Origin: Spongospora subterranea f. sp. subterranea
Lineage: Eukaryota
Reading direction: 5' to 3'
DNA: 64,000 nt
Assembly: GCA_049724395.1 (NCBI GenBank)
Contig: JAUGWO010000113.1
Location: forward strand, 62,001 to 126,000
Shown: piece by piece, positions 14,033 to 26,280 of the stretch
Layout: each line of letters opens with the position of its first letter
Position numbering within the stretch: position 1 is the first letter of the stretch
Made by a program: the position numbers and the translations under genes
The notes under the pieces: generated by a model
Seen by the model: the letters and a program-made list of their open reading frames with translations, nothing else
Told to the model about the DNA's origin: nothing
The model's database searches: none

Positions 14033-15399
14033 GTTATATTATTTCGAATATGATATACTAATACTTTCAGATCCCTACTACAGAGGTTGGGGTGACTGGA
14101 GGAACCTTGGCAGAAAATGGACTATCTTGTAGCGCCAATACGTGTGACCAAATAGGTTGTCAACTACAGATCATTGGTTATTGTACCCATTAGTACGACA
14201 AGGAATACCCCTAGTATAATGACACGACAGAATACTCTGTATATCAATTTGCGACTCCTCCCGCTTCGCATCCATCACCGCCGAACAAGTACGTGCAATT
14301 CACGGTTCAGTATCCTCACTTCAATGATCATTCGGTACAACGTGCCCGAATTGCACTGAAGCAAACGCCAACAGCATCTGCGGGACTTAGATGACCTTTT
14401 GGCATCTTGGCGTCCAAAACAATCCGCTGTACGAGATTGCCTAGCTCCCCTCAATCATCCCTCTGGCTTTATTGAGTTTTGTTTATCGAGCGAGGCTAAA
14501 GTTCACTGGCCTGAGAACGAAGGTGTTCGCGTTGCCAGAAGTGTCTCATAGATTGTCGGCCGCTGCAATACAGTAAAAATCTCAATTACAGTTGTCCCAT
14601 ATCAGCGCCCAACCCTGACTTTGAGCGCCTTAGACCCTGGTCAAATCGATGTTATGGGTATTGGCGTAAACAGAGAGCTTCAAATGACGATTTAAAGCCA
14701 GGAAAACTTGAAGGGATCAAAACTTTAAAGCGATAATCACATTACCGGTTTGCCAGAGTGTGATCCTGGCGCCATATCCCTACTGTACTTCTCGCCCTTT
14801 TTCTGAAGAGCTGTTGTCGTCTAAGGACAACTGGCCTGACGTCGGAGGTACAAGGTCTGGCTGTCCTTCTCAAGGAAGGCCTGATCACAGATGTAGAGTA
14901 TGAGAATATAAAGCGATCAGCACTTCTGCGCTTCAAGAAGGGCATTAGCCCTGACGTTTGTGCCTGTATAGCACCCACAGCGAAAGTGATTCAAGCTCCT
15001 ACCGCTTCCTCACGTCCACAACCATTAAATCCCCGTTTGTCGTCGTCTGCCAGTAGAAAACAACTGAAAATTTTATTCAAAGCACTGATTGTGTTGGAAC
15101 GCTCGTCGAATTGTAAGGCTGAAACAACGACATCTCAAACATGAATACACCGATACTTTGTGCCAGGAATAATTACCTCAAGGACGACTGGGAAGGTCAA
15201 TGTTCCAAAGATTATCCCACAGCTCCCTGTTGATGATCTCACATGCTCAACGTGCGACGGACGATGCAAGCATTTGTACAGCACATGAGAACCAAGGAAT
15301 CCATTCATTGACCGGTCCCGAAAACCAAGAGTTGGTAATGCACGTTTTGTAGAATTTGAGATCTCACATCCCGCTCACGCCATGTCATCAGACGCTGAG

Positions 15400-18140
15400 A
15401 AAAGAATAAAAACTAGCAAATCGAAGCGAAGAAGACGTTATGATTTGAGTACAAGCGTCAAATCGTAGAGGAATTTGGTACTTTCCTCATCTTGTCCAAA
15501 GAAAACAATGAGAAAACCAGTCTGGGCTACAAGAATTTCAGCGCACCTTCATCGTGGTCGCCGAGATGAATTATCCAGTAGTCCTTCCCTTACCGTTTTT
15601 CGAAGACCATGGTTTTCGACATTAATCTGTCTCGATCGCTGATAAGGACTTGTAGATCGGGGGTAGAATTTCCTCTTGTTCGAATCCGATCCGCTGGGAA
15701 GGAAATTAACGAACTGGCACGTTCCGCCACACGAAGGCCCAAGTGATGAAGAAACCATTGGTGGAAGTGATGAGGAGGTTTCTGTTATTCGTCGGGTAAT
15801 TGGAGTTTTGTGATATTCCTAACGGCGACTGCGGGAGCTTCCGGGATCACGTCGATGCTTTACGAACAGGGTTCGAGTTGGTTCGGAAGTATAACGGCAA
15901 ACTAAAGGGTAGGACTAGAACGAGCTTGACTGGTTTGAACAGGGTTCGAATTGGTTCATTGGGAACGAGCTTGACTGGTTTGGACTCTAAAGCAGGCATC
16001 AGGACTAACGATGACAAAGTAACTGCCATTCGCGATAATCCTGCTTGACGGGTTTTCGCGCCGTACAGCGCCACTGAGTTCGTTGCCCTCGATCATCGTT
16101 TATCTGGACGGATGCGTCTCAAGCAGCATTTAGTGACATGAAGGAAGGTCTGGGTTCTGCCCCAGTCCTGCGAAATCCTGATGAATCCCTACCTTACATT
16201 GTTGGAACTGATGCCTCTCAACTTGGACTTAGAGCAGTTCTACAACAGCATCATGATCAAGGTAAGCTCTGCTCGGTCGCTTACTGCTCTTGCTCATTAA
16301 CTCCTGCCGAAAAGAACTACATTGTGCCTGAACTGGAGGCACTACGACTGTTTTCGCCCTCACCAAGTTTCGACCCTATGTTCATGGCGCTCTGTCACCG
16401 TCAAAACCGATCAACGATCTTTATTGTGGCTGCAGACAGCGACTCATCCGTCACGTCTTGTCCGATTGGGCTCTGCTCCTGTCCGATTATGATTTTGAGA
16501 TGGTCTATTGAAAGGGATCCACGAATGCCGTTGCAGATGCACTGTCGCGACATCCATTGCCGGTTGATTTCCACCAATTCTGCGACATGTCTCGATGCTA
16601 ATGGTCTCATGAATGATCTCGTCGAGGGGATACAGAGCAAGCAGGTCGATCATTCCGATGAGCAGGATGATCCCTCTGTTGATGAATTGGAGCTGACCAA
16701 CGTTATTCAGTGTTAAATCCAGGACGAGTTGGATCATCAAGTACGAGGTCAATTGTTGAATAAGTCGGGAAGCACATTGGCACTATCAAAGGCGTATCGT
16801 TCTCTTTTGACTCATCTCCAGAATCGAAGTTCAATTTCGGAGTCCGGATTGATCACAAGGTGTTCGTACCGCTAAACCTCCGACCAAAGGTTTTGAGTCG
16901 ATTTCATTCTTCACACTGAATCCTTGGTCATCAGGGACGAGACCGTATGGTGCCACTCATGTCCAAGCGATACCTCTGGATTGGGATAACAAATGATGTT
17001 ATCGGGTGGATTCGTCCCCCTGTAAGGAGTGCAGCCTGGCGAACCCCATGTGCAGAACCATTATGGATTACGAGATTCCCTGGTCATCGAGTCACCCTTT
17101 TTAGGTGATGGCGCTGGATTTTGTTGCACCGCTACCTATAACGGGGGAACAAGTACTCACTAACGATGATGGATGTCGATACCATATTGGGCAGAGGCGA
17201 TTGCTGTTCCCGACCAGTCGGCCATCACGTTAGCGAGAACGTTCTTTGAGGGGTTCATCTGTGTGTATGGATGTCCAAGTCGAACCCTTACTGACCAGGG
17301 ACAGAATTTCATGTCGGTTGATTTCGCAGAATTGACCAAACTGCTTGGGATACATCAGATGAGGACAACGGCTCAGCCCAAATTCGAATGGTTCGTTGTT
17401 ACGTGCTCTGCTGTCAGAGATCGACCCATCGAAACTGGGATCAACATGTGCCCGCAATCATGTTCGGGTATCGTACAGGTGTCTTAAGAAGTTTAGGAGA
17501 TACTCCATTCCATTTAACATTTGGACGAGATCCTATCTCACCTCGGATCTCAACAATATGAATGCTATCTCGCCTGTAGGCCGGGACTCATGTTGTTCGT
17601 CTTCAACAAGCTCTTCAAGAGGCAGAATATAATCGTGAGATGGTGGTCAGAAGGTCTAATAACCAATTCAATCGCGGAAGGAAGTTGGTTGATTACAAAG
17701 TTGGAAATTTGGTCTACCGTCATTCACCAGCTGTTCCCAAAGAAGTCAACAAGAAGCTTCATCGTCATTGAACTGGACCGTGGCGTGATTCTGAAGTTTA
17801 AGTGATATTCTGTATCGAGTTCGAGTACACCATGAATGGCAATGAGGTTGTACAACATGTTCAACGGATGCGACATGTTGGGATATTTCAACAGGGCTCT
17901 TCCGATTCTACAACAGTTGCCCACGATGCTGAAAAACGAGTTGACGCGGGCGCCGATCCCGAGTATGAAGTCGAGTAGATCGTGAAACAGAGGACACGGC
18001 GTGGAGAACGAGAAGATTTCATTAAGTGGAAAGGGTATGATGAATCGTATAACACATGGGAACCAACCTCTATGCTCAACGATGCTGCGTTGGCGGCAAT
18101 TCTTAAACGGCGGTTTTTCAATAATATCGTCTTGGGGAGA
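15400..18140 (+). mobile_element. Degenerate chromodomain-bearing Ty3/Gypsy pol (RT, RNase H, integrase, chromodomain)
   Basis: SAPVLRNPDESLPYIVGTDASQLGL..VAYCSCSLTPAEKNY (RNase H), YGCPSRTLTDQGQNF (integrase), EYEVE...FIKWKGYDESYNTWEP (chromodomain), then a purine tract GGGGAGA near 18134. Confidence 0.85.
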
Positions 18141-18343
18141 TATGCTGATGGAACATCAGTTGCCGTCACGAAGATGACTCTACAGGGTGACCACCAACGT
18201 CGAATTCCTGGAGTAATTTTTATTTTAGTTAATCGAGTCTTATCAAGTTTTTCTTTTTTATTAATGTCGCTAGTTGTATTACTATATACGACAAACGGCA
18301 CCACCAGACTGGTCATATTGCCTGCAATTATACTGTTTTCGGG

Positions 18344-18670
18344 TTCAGATGTGAGTCTTCATTCTTCATTAGTTCCGACATCAGTCGTTGAACTCAGGTT
18401 CGAGAGTTTGAGTGATCACCTTCAGGACAATATAAAAACTCTGGTTTGCCGTTGATCACTGTGTCCATCACCATTATCAGGCATCTCTCCAAATGTCTCA
18501 TGGTCAATCAGACTGTCATCGATAGGCGTGTCAAGCAGTTTGTCGAATGGAGGCTGTTGATACATGACGAATGAGTGATACGAAACTTGTGGGAAATAAA
18601 AATACATTCGCATTGGTCAGTGAATGCGGTGTTTTGTATCGAGAAATGTTGGATGTTCGAACCCTGGTCG
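18344..18670 (-). repeat. Right arm of ~326-bp diverged inverted repeat (partner 13707-14032)
   Basis: Reverse complement of 13707-14032. Confidence 0.9.
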
Positions 18671-18899
18671 GACATATTCAACAACACTTTTATCGCGACA
18701 AGTTCGTAAAGAGGAAGGAAATGGACTTTGGTAAAGACCGGCACTGCATGACAAGGTTCATGAAGGCAGGATATCCTGTTCGAGAAATGGTGCCATGTTT
18801 TGAAGGGTGTAATCATATCAAAGCTGATATTGACCAGTTGCGCCATTCTTCCTTCATCGGCTTCTGTCGTCATTTGATGGTAAGAGACAAGATAGAATG

Positions 18900-20309
18900 A
18901 CAATGACGCCCCTCATCGGTCAATGGAGAAAAAGCATTCCGCACTCAATACGGCTTGTACGAATACCTTGTCATGCCGTTTGGATTGGCAAATGCCCCTT
19001 CCGTATTCCAACGATTGATGGACAATGTTTTCGCAGACTGCATTGGAGAATTTGTCAGCGTATACCTCGACGATATAGTCATATATTCAGAAACGGAGGC
19101 CGATCATGCCAAACACGTTCGCTTAGTCTTACAGCTTCTAGGAAAACACAGGCTATTCGCTAAGCTCGAAAAATGCGAATTTTATCAGCAACGAATCCGT
19201 TTCCTTGAATACGTACTATCGCATGAGTCCTTGGAAATGGATATGGACAGAGTGTCGGCAGTTCTCACATGGCCCACACCACGATCAATCAAGCAAGTTC
19301 AATCGTTTCTGGGATTCGCTAATTTTTATAGAAATTTTATTCAAAACTTTTCAAAATTTTACCTGACCACTTCACGAGTTGTGCCGAATGGAAGCAGAAT
19401 TTAGGTGGACCAACCGAACTCAAACCGCGTTCTCTTCACTCAAACTGGTTTTTTCATCCGCATCGGTTTTGGCCAACTTCGGCCCCCCATCACCACCCAC
19501 CATCATCGAATCCAATGCATCGGATTTCGCACTCGGCGCCATTATATCCCAAACCCACCCGGAAGGGGATCGATCTGTAGCTTTTTTTTCCAGACAACTC
19601 ACTCCCGCCGAACTAGATTACCAGATATACGATAAGGAGTTACTGGCGATCATTGCGACTTTCGAACAGTGGAGACATTTTCTGAGTGGATCGGCTCTAA
19701 CAATTACTACAGTCTCGGAAATATATCTGCCAAGCTCCTCCGTTTCTGGTTTGGATAATAAATAAAATTGGTCCAAACGGTGGTGTGTTGTCTGGTACAA
19801 GGTCAATGGTGCAATCATAGGCTTGATGGGAAGGGAGCTGATCTGCGTTTTTCTTCATAAAGACATTTGCAAAATCCATGAATTCTGATGGCTCCGGATA
19901 TTTAGCTGGCGATACTGGGGGTGCAAAGGTGTGGGGATTGTCAGTTTCCATAGTCATTATCATCACGGCTGTGTTGGGGGAACTGGGACGTACGTTTCCT
20001 TGGCAATCACCCACTAGAATTGGGAGAGATCGCCAATCGGTAGAAGGGTTATCAGTAAAAGAGTTCGTCAAAACATGCGAAACGTGCGCCAGGTGTGAAG
20101 TACCTCGCCAAAAACCAGCAGGTCTTCTGCAGCCTTTACCCATCCCTTCGGGGCCCTGGTCCTCAATCTCTGTGGACTTTATTGTCAAACTGCCGACATC
20201 CAAGTGCTATGATTCAATTCTCGTAGTAGTCGACCGATTCACGAAAATGTCCAACTTCATTTCTTGTAACGAAAAATGCAACAGCCAAGATTTGGCTAAA
20301 ATGATATAG
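18900..20309 (+). mobile_element. Rearranged Tf2-like Ty3/Gypsy pol (RT, RNase H, inverted RT N-terminal piece, integrase start)
   Basis: YEYLVMPFGLANAPSVFQ...VYLDDIVIYS (RT); NASDFALGAIISQ...VAFFSR...YDKELLAI (RNase H); CETCARC...[21 protein letters not shown]...VVVDRFTKM (integrase). Confidence 0.9.
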
Positions 20310-20772
20310 AAAATAAGGTTTTTTAAGGTTTTTGAAACAATGCGCAAGTAGAGGTATCCATTACGAGCTTTGGAACCAACTCCAAAGCTCATCATGGACG
20401 ACGAGATGATCGATACCTTGCAAGAAGAGCGCTATCCATCGATCGATCAGGATCGTTGATGCCTGAGGCTTCGTGTTTGTGCCAGCGACCGGGTCAAGTG
20501 CTTCAGCTCCTGTCCCTCACGATGATGCATCCAAAAGAAAGAATTGTGGACGATGTTCGTCCCCAATGGAGTTCAGAAGAAGAAGATCTTGATGCCAACG
20601 ATGATCAGCCTCAGCAAATTGAATAATACAATGGATGAGATAAGTTCGAAACCCAGCAAAACTGGTGTTTTCACCAGAAATCTACTCCGACGCAAAAAGT
20701 GGAAATACGGCATGATGATGAAAAACCTTAACAAAAGAGGTTTTTAAAATGAAAAACCTAAAACCTTATTTC
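20309..20772. mobile_element. Possible non-autonomous DNA element (MITE-like) truncating the integrase
   Basis: Imperfect terminal inverted repeats gaaaataaggttttttaaggttttt (20309-20333) and aaaaacctaaaaccttatttc (20752-20772). No clear target-site duplication. Confidence 0.4.
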
Positions 20773-21001
20773 AGTTTTCCCACTTCTTTCTTTTGGGCTG
20801 GGCGCGGCTTCTTTTCCCACCGCCGTCAGTATTTCGATGGCGGATTGCACTCCGAAAACGACGGTGGAATGACCTATAAATAAAGCTCAATCAGTATACA
20901 GAATCAACAGAGCAGGATGTGGCACGTTGAAATTCTCGAACTGTTTTTCTTCTAATTTATTCAACGCTGTCGCAATAAGTTCGTAAATCATGGGCGAAGA
21001 C

Positions 21002-22218
21002 CTAAATATACGAATTGTCAATTGTGGCTGGTGATATTATAACATTGGGCGACACGCCTCTGCTAACTGTGCCATTGATTAGCGATTCGATCATCGCACA
21101 GGCATGGATTAAAACTTTTAACAAGCTGTCCATTCTTTCTTTCCGAGAGATCGGCGCCAGCACATGGCCGATACTTCCCGTAGCCAGACTTGAAAACAGC
21201 CTCGACCATGTACAATTCGCCATCCTTTTTGAAAAGTCGCCCTGGCCTGATATTCTCCTGTCGCTCAGGGTACGACGGAACCATCGCTGCTGCAACGACT
21301 TCAACTTTTGAGCGTCTGTAATCGCTCCAGATACACACGAGCTTTGATCATCCAGACACTGCAATGCTTTTCCTGCCCACGTTGCCTGCAGACTATCCAC
21401 ATCAGCGGACCGAGCTGTGTGCAGGAAGTTCACGAAACTCGGCAAATCCATTCCTGCAAACTAGAGTAAATATTTCTTATAAAGGTAGGTCGTCATGCAC
21501 ATACCAGCTGACAGCGATGAATTGACTATAGCATTAAATGACTCGCTGTGAGAAATTGCATCATCCACATCAATATCTTTGGTGATGTTAAGTACTTTTC
21601 GAACGCGCGCCGCGAGCGAATTTACAACTGCGTCGTCTTCGACTGCAGAAGTGGGGTATTCATCCGCTTGTTCGATGTTGCTGGTCATTGATTCGAACGC
21701 AGCCAAATAAGATGCAAATGTAGTTCGTTACTGGTGCAAGTTGCCGAACTCCAATGCGAAATGGAAAGATGCTCGTTTCATGAACATGAAAGGCTTCGAG
21801 AAAACAACCCATGTCTCGTTGACACCAGGGCAAATCAGTTCGAGCAACTGATGCGCCGGTGATCCAGTACTCTGGCCAATGCTTACGCCTGGACATTCAG
21901 ATGTCCCTACAGGATGAATCTTCTCAGCCTGATTGGCCTGAGCCTTTCCAGAGTCAAGGAAACCTCGAATCCCTGACAGATAGCCCTTGGCATTTCGCCC
22001 ACCTGTAGCTAAAGAAGAGCGGAACGCTGCATCGATGAACTGTTCGGATTTGTCCTGGAGTTGGACAAAATCGTGTACAGTGAACCTGTTGTCAACGAGA
22101 CAACGCAATATTTGCGTTGTCTTCTCGAAGCCTTTCATGTTCATGAAACGAGCATCTCTCCATTCGCATTGGAGTTCGGCAACTTGCACCAGTTACGAAC
22201 TACACTTCCATCATTACC
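21002..22218 (-). pseudogene. Unidentified intron-containing coding remnant, partly duplicated in inverted orientation
   Basis: Co-oriented reading segments SVVRNWCKLPNSNAKWRDARFMNMKGFEKTT..., AAFESMTSNIEQAD..., MDLPSFVNFLH..., with a GT-AG intron near 21453-21504. No family recognised. Confidence 0.4.
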
Positions 22219-22253
22219 TGTCTGCACATCACTAACGCAACAACACCAGGGGC

Positions 22254-22459
22254 GCAAAGTATCTGGACACCAATGGCGCAATGGACAGTATCTGGATTGG
22301 CGGTCCTCCTGGGATTGGCAAGTCGGAGACGTGGATTCAATTTTTCGCCAGAGACAACGTCTATGAGAAGGATGGTTCGAAATGGTGGGACGGCTACACA
22401 GATGAAAAGGTGGTCGTATTTTTCAGATTGGCAGCCGTCGAATTTCGTGGACCTTATTG
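22254..22459 (+). mobile_element. CRESS-DNA-virus-like Rep SF3 helicase fragment, copy A
   Basis: IWIGGPPGIGKS (Walker A)...VYEKDGSKWWDGYTDEKVVVF, the spacing typical of circovirus-like Rep helicases. Confidence 0.8.
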
Positions 22460-22527
22460 TTATGGTGAAGAATGTCGCTGATTCTCGTCCTATTCTTGTT
22501 CAATTGAAGGGCGGATACACCATTAGC

Positions 22528-22849
22528 AATAAGAGCCATGAAATTCGACGGCTGCCAATCGGAAAATACGACCACCTTTTCATCGGTGAAGCCGTCCCAC
22601 CATTTCGAACCATCCTTCTCATAGACGATGTCTGCCGAAAAATTGAATCCACCTCTCCGATTTGCCAATCCCAGGAGGACCGCCAATCCAGGTATTACGA
22701 AGTTTGTCGAGACTGTCAATCTTCTTCAGAGTAGCGCCTCGCTTCTCAATGGAGTTTATTGCCGACTGGTATTGGGCATAATCTGACGATGGTGGCGAGC
22801 AAAGAAGGTTTAAGTGCCCCACAAAACATGACGTGTGAAACATTCTCAA
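22528..22849 (-). mobile_element. CRESS-DNA-virus-like Rep SF3 helicase fragment, copy B (inverted relative to A)
   Basis: LRNTWIGGPPGIGKS / VYEKDGSKWWDGFTDEKVVVFSDW with a 2-bp deletion; about 90% identical to copy A over ~170 bp. Confidence 0.8.
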
Positions 22850-23129
22850 TTCCCGGCAATATGCTCAACAGGGTTTCGGTCACTAACTCGAATTGGCACG
22901 ATATGTCGAGCTAGAATTCATCGAGCTCGCCTGCGGCCCTTCGCGTTCTGAACCGAACCAGGTTGGAGTAGTTCACAACAATTTTCACGGCGTCCCTTGA
23001 GTATCCTCCTCATAAGCGCGTCTCGATGCCCTCGCGATGCTCTAAACAAACCGAAAATCGTCGTGATCGCCGCATGCACTCCGCGGAAGCTATCGGTTCA
23101 TGTTGTTGCTCATGCTCTGTTTGAACACT

Positions 23130-23600
23130 TCTGCGTCAGAATGGCGTCGTAGTTGCAATAGTAAAAAAACGGTCAGATTCGATGGTGCGACATGAAGTAA
23201 TCTGACAAATTCCAAAGCTGGCTTCCTGGTCTTCTGACATTTCCTGATATTTACGATAGAAATCTGTGATTTCTTCGGTAGTCTCCCACTACCTTGTCAT
23301 ATTTGCATTAGCTGTACCCGACAAATCGTCATCCTCGACATAATCTGGCGTGTCAAATAAATCGTGGATTCGACGTTTTTGCACTGTTTTCTAAATCCTC
23401 GTGTACATGTCATGATAGGCTCCGAATCGGCCATCAACATCATTTAAGAGGTCTAGGTGTGCATTTATCCAAACGGCATATCAGTTTGTTCACTTCAGCA
23501 CAACACTGAACAACCAACAGTCATTAGAACAACGACTATTCCAGAAGACGAAATCTACTATGACGGCACAAGATGTTGGTTCGAGAAAACCTCAAAAAAT
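23130..23600 (+). mobile_element. Highly decayed Gypsy-type RT remnant
   Basis: Fragments SEW..AIVKKNGQIRWC and VCIYPNGISVCS...RCWFEK resemble RT domains, with many stops and shifts. Confidence 0.35.
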
Positions 23601-23726
23601 GACGAAGACAATAAATGTAGCGACATGTTCAAATAATGTATTTAATGCGGGGCTCTCGCTCCCAGCGAACAAAGAAGGACTCGATTCAACTGGTATAACA
23701 AGGTGTCGCGCGTGAAATCACCCACA

Positions 23727-24808
23727 TTAGAAACCGTAGATCTTGTAAGCCGGACCCATGGTGCTCTTGAGATACAGACTATACAAACGAATTCATCAGT
23801 GGCCGAACATTAGACTCGAAATTATGAAAAAAAGAAGCAGGTGTTTTCAGAGCTGTTGTTCTCGACACATTAAGGTCCGATTGGGGCGACACAGCAACAA
23901 AATTCATCACAGAAACAAGAACGGTTTGGTTTGATCAAACACTTACCGCTTGCAATTGTGCCACTTCTTCTTGAGGAGGGAGACCATGAAGTTGACAGCC
24001 AGGTTGACGTTGGTGACGATATCGTCCTCGGACATTCCAACGTTGGCAACGGCCGTGCCCATGCACATGGGACGGTCCTTCTTGATACGAAGGTTGAACT
24101 TGATGGTGGAGGCGATTTCCTGGACCTTCTCGGAGGGGTCGGCGTTGGGCGCCAAGACACCGGGGAACTTGCCGGCCTTGTTCAAGGTGGGTCCCAATAG
24201 ACGGGGAATCTTCTTGATCAAGGACGCGGAAGCCAGGAAGGCGTCGTACTTCTGGGCCAGTTTCTTGACGAGCTTCTTGTTACGGTTGAGCTTGGTCAGG
24301 TCCTCCTCGGACATGTACTCGAGGTTCTTGTCCTTGGCCTGGTCGCAAGTACGAGCGTCACCGAGGATGCAGACACGGGATTTGGGCTTGGGAACGACCG
24401 GCAACTTCACCTGACCTATGAGAAGAATCATCGTCAATAAAACAATATATCGGCGGCAACATGAACAGGGAACTGGTTGGCGTAAATTGATTGTCAGAGC
24501 TGTTGTTCTCGACACATTGAAATCCGATTGGGGCGACACAGCAAAATAATTCATCACAGAAATCAACATCGGCCCCACACGTGGGAAAGGCAATTGCGTC
24601 GTACCTGCAATACGCTTGTCACGAGCGGCATCGTAGTTCTTCAGGGCCACCTGGAGTTCGATGGTCTCAACGAAGTTGCGCTTCTTGGCCTCGGCACCCA
24701 CTAAGATCTTGCGGGACGTTGTCCCGGACGGTGTCGGACGATAGTTTACTGCAGCAGACCGATCGTCAAACGTCGGACAAAGATCACGGAGACCGACTAA
24801 TACCTCAT
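23727..24808 (-). CDS. RPL10A: 60S ribosomal protein uL1 (L10a); exons 24808-24804, 24748-24605, 24415-23947, 23778-23727
   Basis: Spliced product MSKLSSDTVRDNVRKILVGAEAKKRNFVETIELQVALKNYD...IPRLLGPTLNKAGKFP...LYLKSTMGPAYKIYGF*. All introns GT-AG. One extra base in the run at 24713-24715. Confidence 0.97.
23842..23916 (-). ncRNA. Intronic box C/D snoRNA, copy 1 (predicted guide for LSU P-loop Gm; snR67/SNORD31-like)
   Basis: Box C GTGATGA (23910-23904), box D CTGA (23850-23847), D'-like CGGA preceded by TGTGTCGCCCCAAT, complementary to conserved LSU UGGGGCGGCACA; short terminal stem. Confidence 0.85.
24487..24566 (-). ncRNA. Intronic box C/D snoRNA, copy 2 (paralog of copy 1)
   Basis: Box C (24557-24551), box D (24497-24494), same two guide segments, terminal stem TTGATT/AATCAA. 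Confidence 0.85.
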
Positions 24809-25330
24809 GGCGACCGACTACTACACGCGAGAGCCCCTCGACTAATGAATCTGCCGCTCTGAAGATCTCCATAGACGCAGAAACCACGGAGTCCGCCGCG
24901 GACTCCGTCATACTAGGACTGCCTCCATATAAGTGAAAGTTCAAGACAACCGTTCGGTTAGATTGATGTTGTTCGCCGTCGGTTGCATGCGATTTCTGTT
25001 CAACTTTCAAGTTCACTTGAGTACGTCTCTATTGTTTCGCCATTTCTCGATATAATATTGGCAAAGGATAATCTGGAATCGTTGACGATTTCTGCGAATT
25101 TGGTTAAACATTAATTCCGAGTTCGATGTCGCGATAACTCCACGTGAATCGACTTCGGATTTCGATGACTCCAAATGAGTTCAAGGAAATACGTGATTCG
25201 GAAACTTTTTGCGAGGTTAGGCACGCATTGGGCCGACGTTTGTGCTTAATGAAAGAGCGATATCAAGGCCCCGAATGTGCCGATATAGAGTTGGAGCTTT
25301 GAGACATTAATACTTATAATATAATATAGA

Positions 25331-26280
25331 TTAGTGAGGGCGCCTCCTCAATTCATCAATCGACGCACTGAATTGCTGGTTGATCGCTGATTGGGCTTCC
25401 TGCAGACGAGCAATCTCCTGCTCGAGGAAATCGAATCGATCTTGGAGAGCCTGATGGACAGCGTTGTTGAATCTCTTTACAAAAGCGTTCGTCAACATTG
25501 CATATACCTGTTTTTCGACCACCTCCAAGTGCTCTTCCGCCTTTCGCGATTCTTCGGAATTCAACAGATTTCGGTAGACTTCTAACGAAATACAGAGACC
25601 GGCCACACCGAATATCATGAATTCGCTGATCGCATCTAAGCGCAGAGTTGGTCCAACGCGTTGGCGTACTTGGAGAGTTTGTGAAATAACGCCAGGTTTA
25701 TGCGAAAATCCAAATCGCAGATGAGAAGTGACCATTACCTGCACCCAATTCCAGAGCCTTGTCTTCATCAATGGGCTTTACAGTTCGGACACGATGACCG
25801 AGAAGTCGCGCCTGGATTGAAAGGTGTTGTCAGAGTAGGGCGGGGCCAGGCCAGGATTGTCATTGAATCAAATGCAGTGATGGATTTATCAGATCGACGC
25901 CCAACAGTGGAGCGAGAGCGAAACCGTAAAAAACGACCATGGCCGAACCTGGAATTTATACTGCACACGGTGATGAAACTGTCCATATCGAACGAACATC
26001 GATCTAGCGAATGCAATGAACGTGCTGAGCGAGATTTGATTTTGAGGCGTACCGACCTCCACACTGGATGATTCTTAGATTGTGTCACAAACGCCTAAAA
26101 CACAAAAATCCATCAAACCCACTAGTACAGGTAAAACAGAATAAATCATGAGATGGATCATGTTAATCGACCAATGCACATTTCGAATGGAGAAATTCCC
26201 GGTACCTTGGAAACAGGTTTGGCGAGCGTTCGGATCGCCAGCGATCCGATCTTGACCAAGATGCCGCCAAAGGCAACCAT
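25331..26280 (-). CDS. OPA3: Optic atrophy 3 family mitochondrial protein (multi-exon)
   Basis: MVAFGGILVKIGSLAIRTLAKPVSK|AFVTQSKNHPVWRS...KPIDEDKALELGA|ISEFMIFGVAGLCISLEVYR plus C-terminal coiled coil. Confidence 0.85.

Noticed and set aside
13707..18670. DIRS element
   Set aside because: The interior encodes a DDE integrase and chromodomain; no tyrosine recombinase was seen.
22254..22849. Helitron or intact provirus
   Set aside because: The helicase is SF3-type rather than PIF1-type, and no HUH motifs, capsid or origin stem-loop were recognised.
23943..25016. 357-aa ORF as an extended L1 protein
   Set aside because: It reads through introns and upstream sequence; the spliced four-exon model gives a normal uL1.
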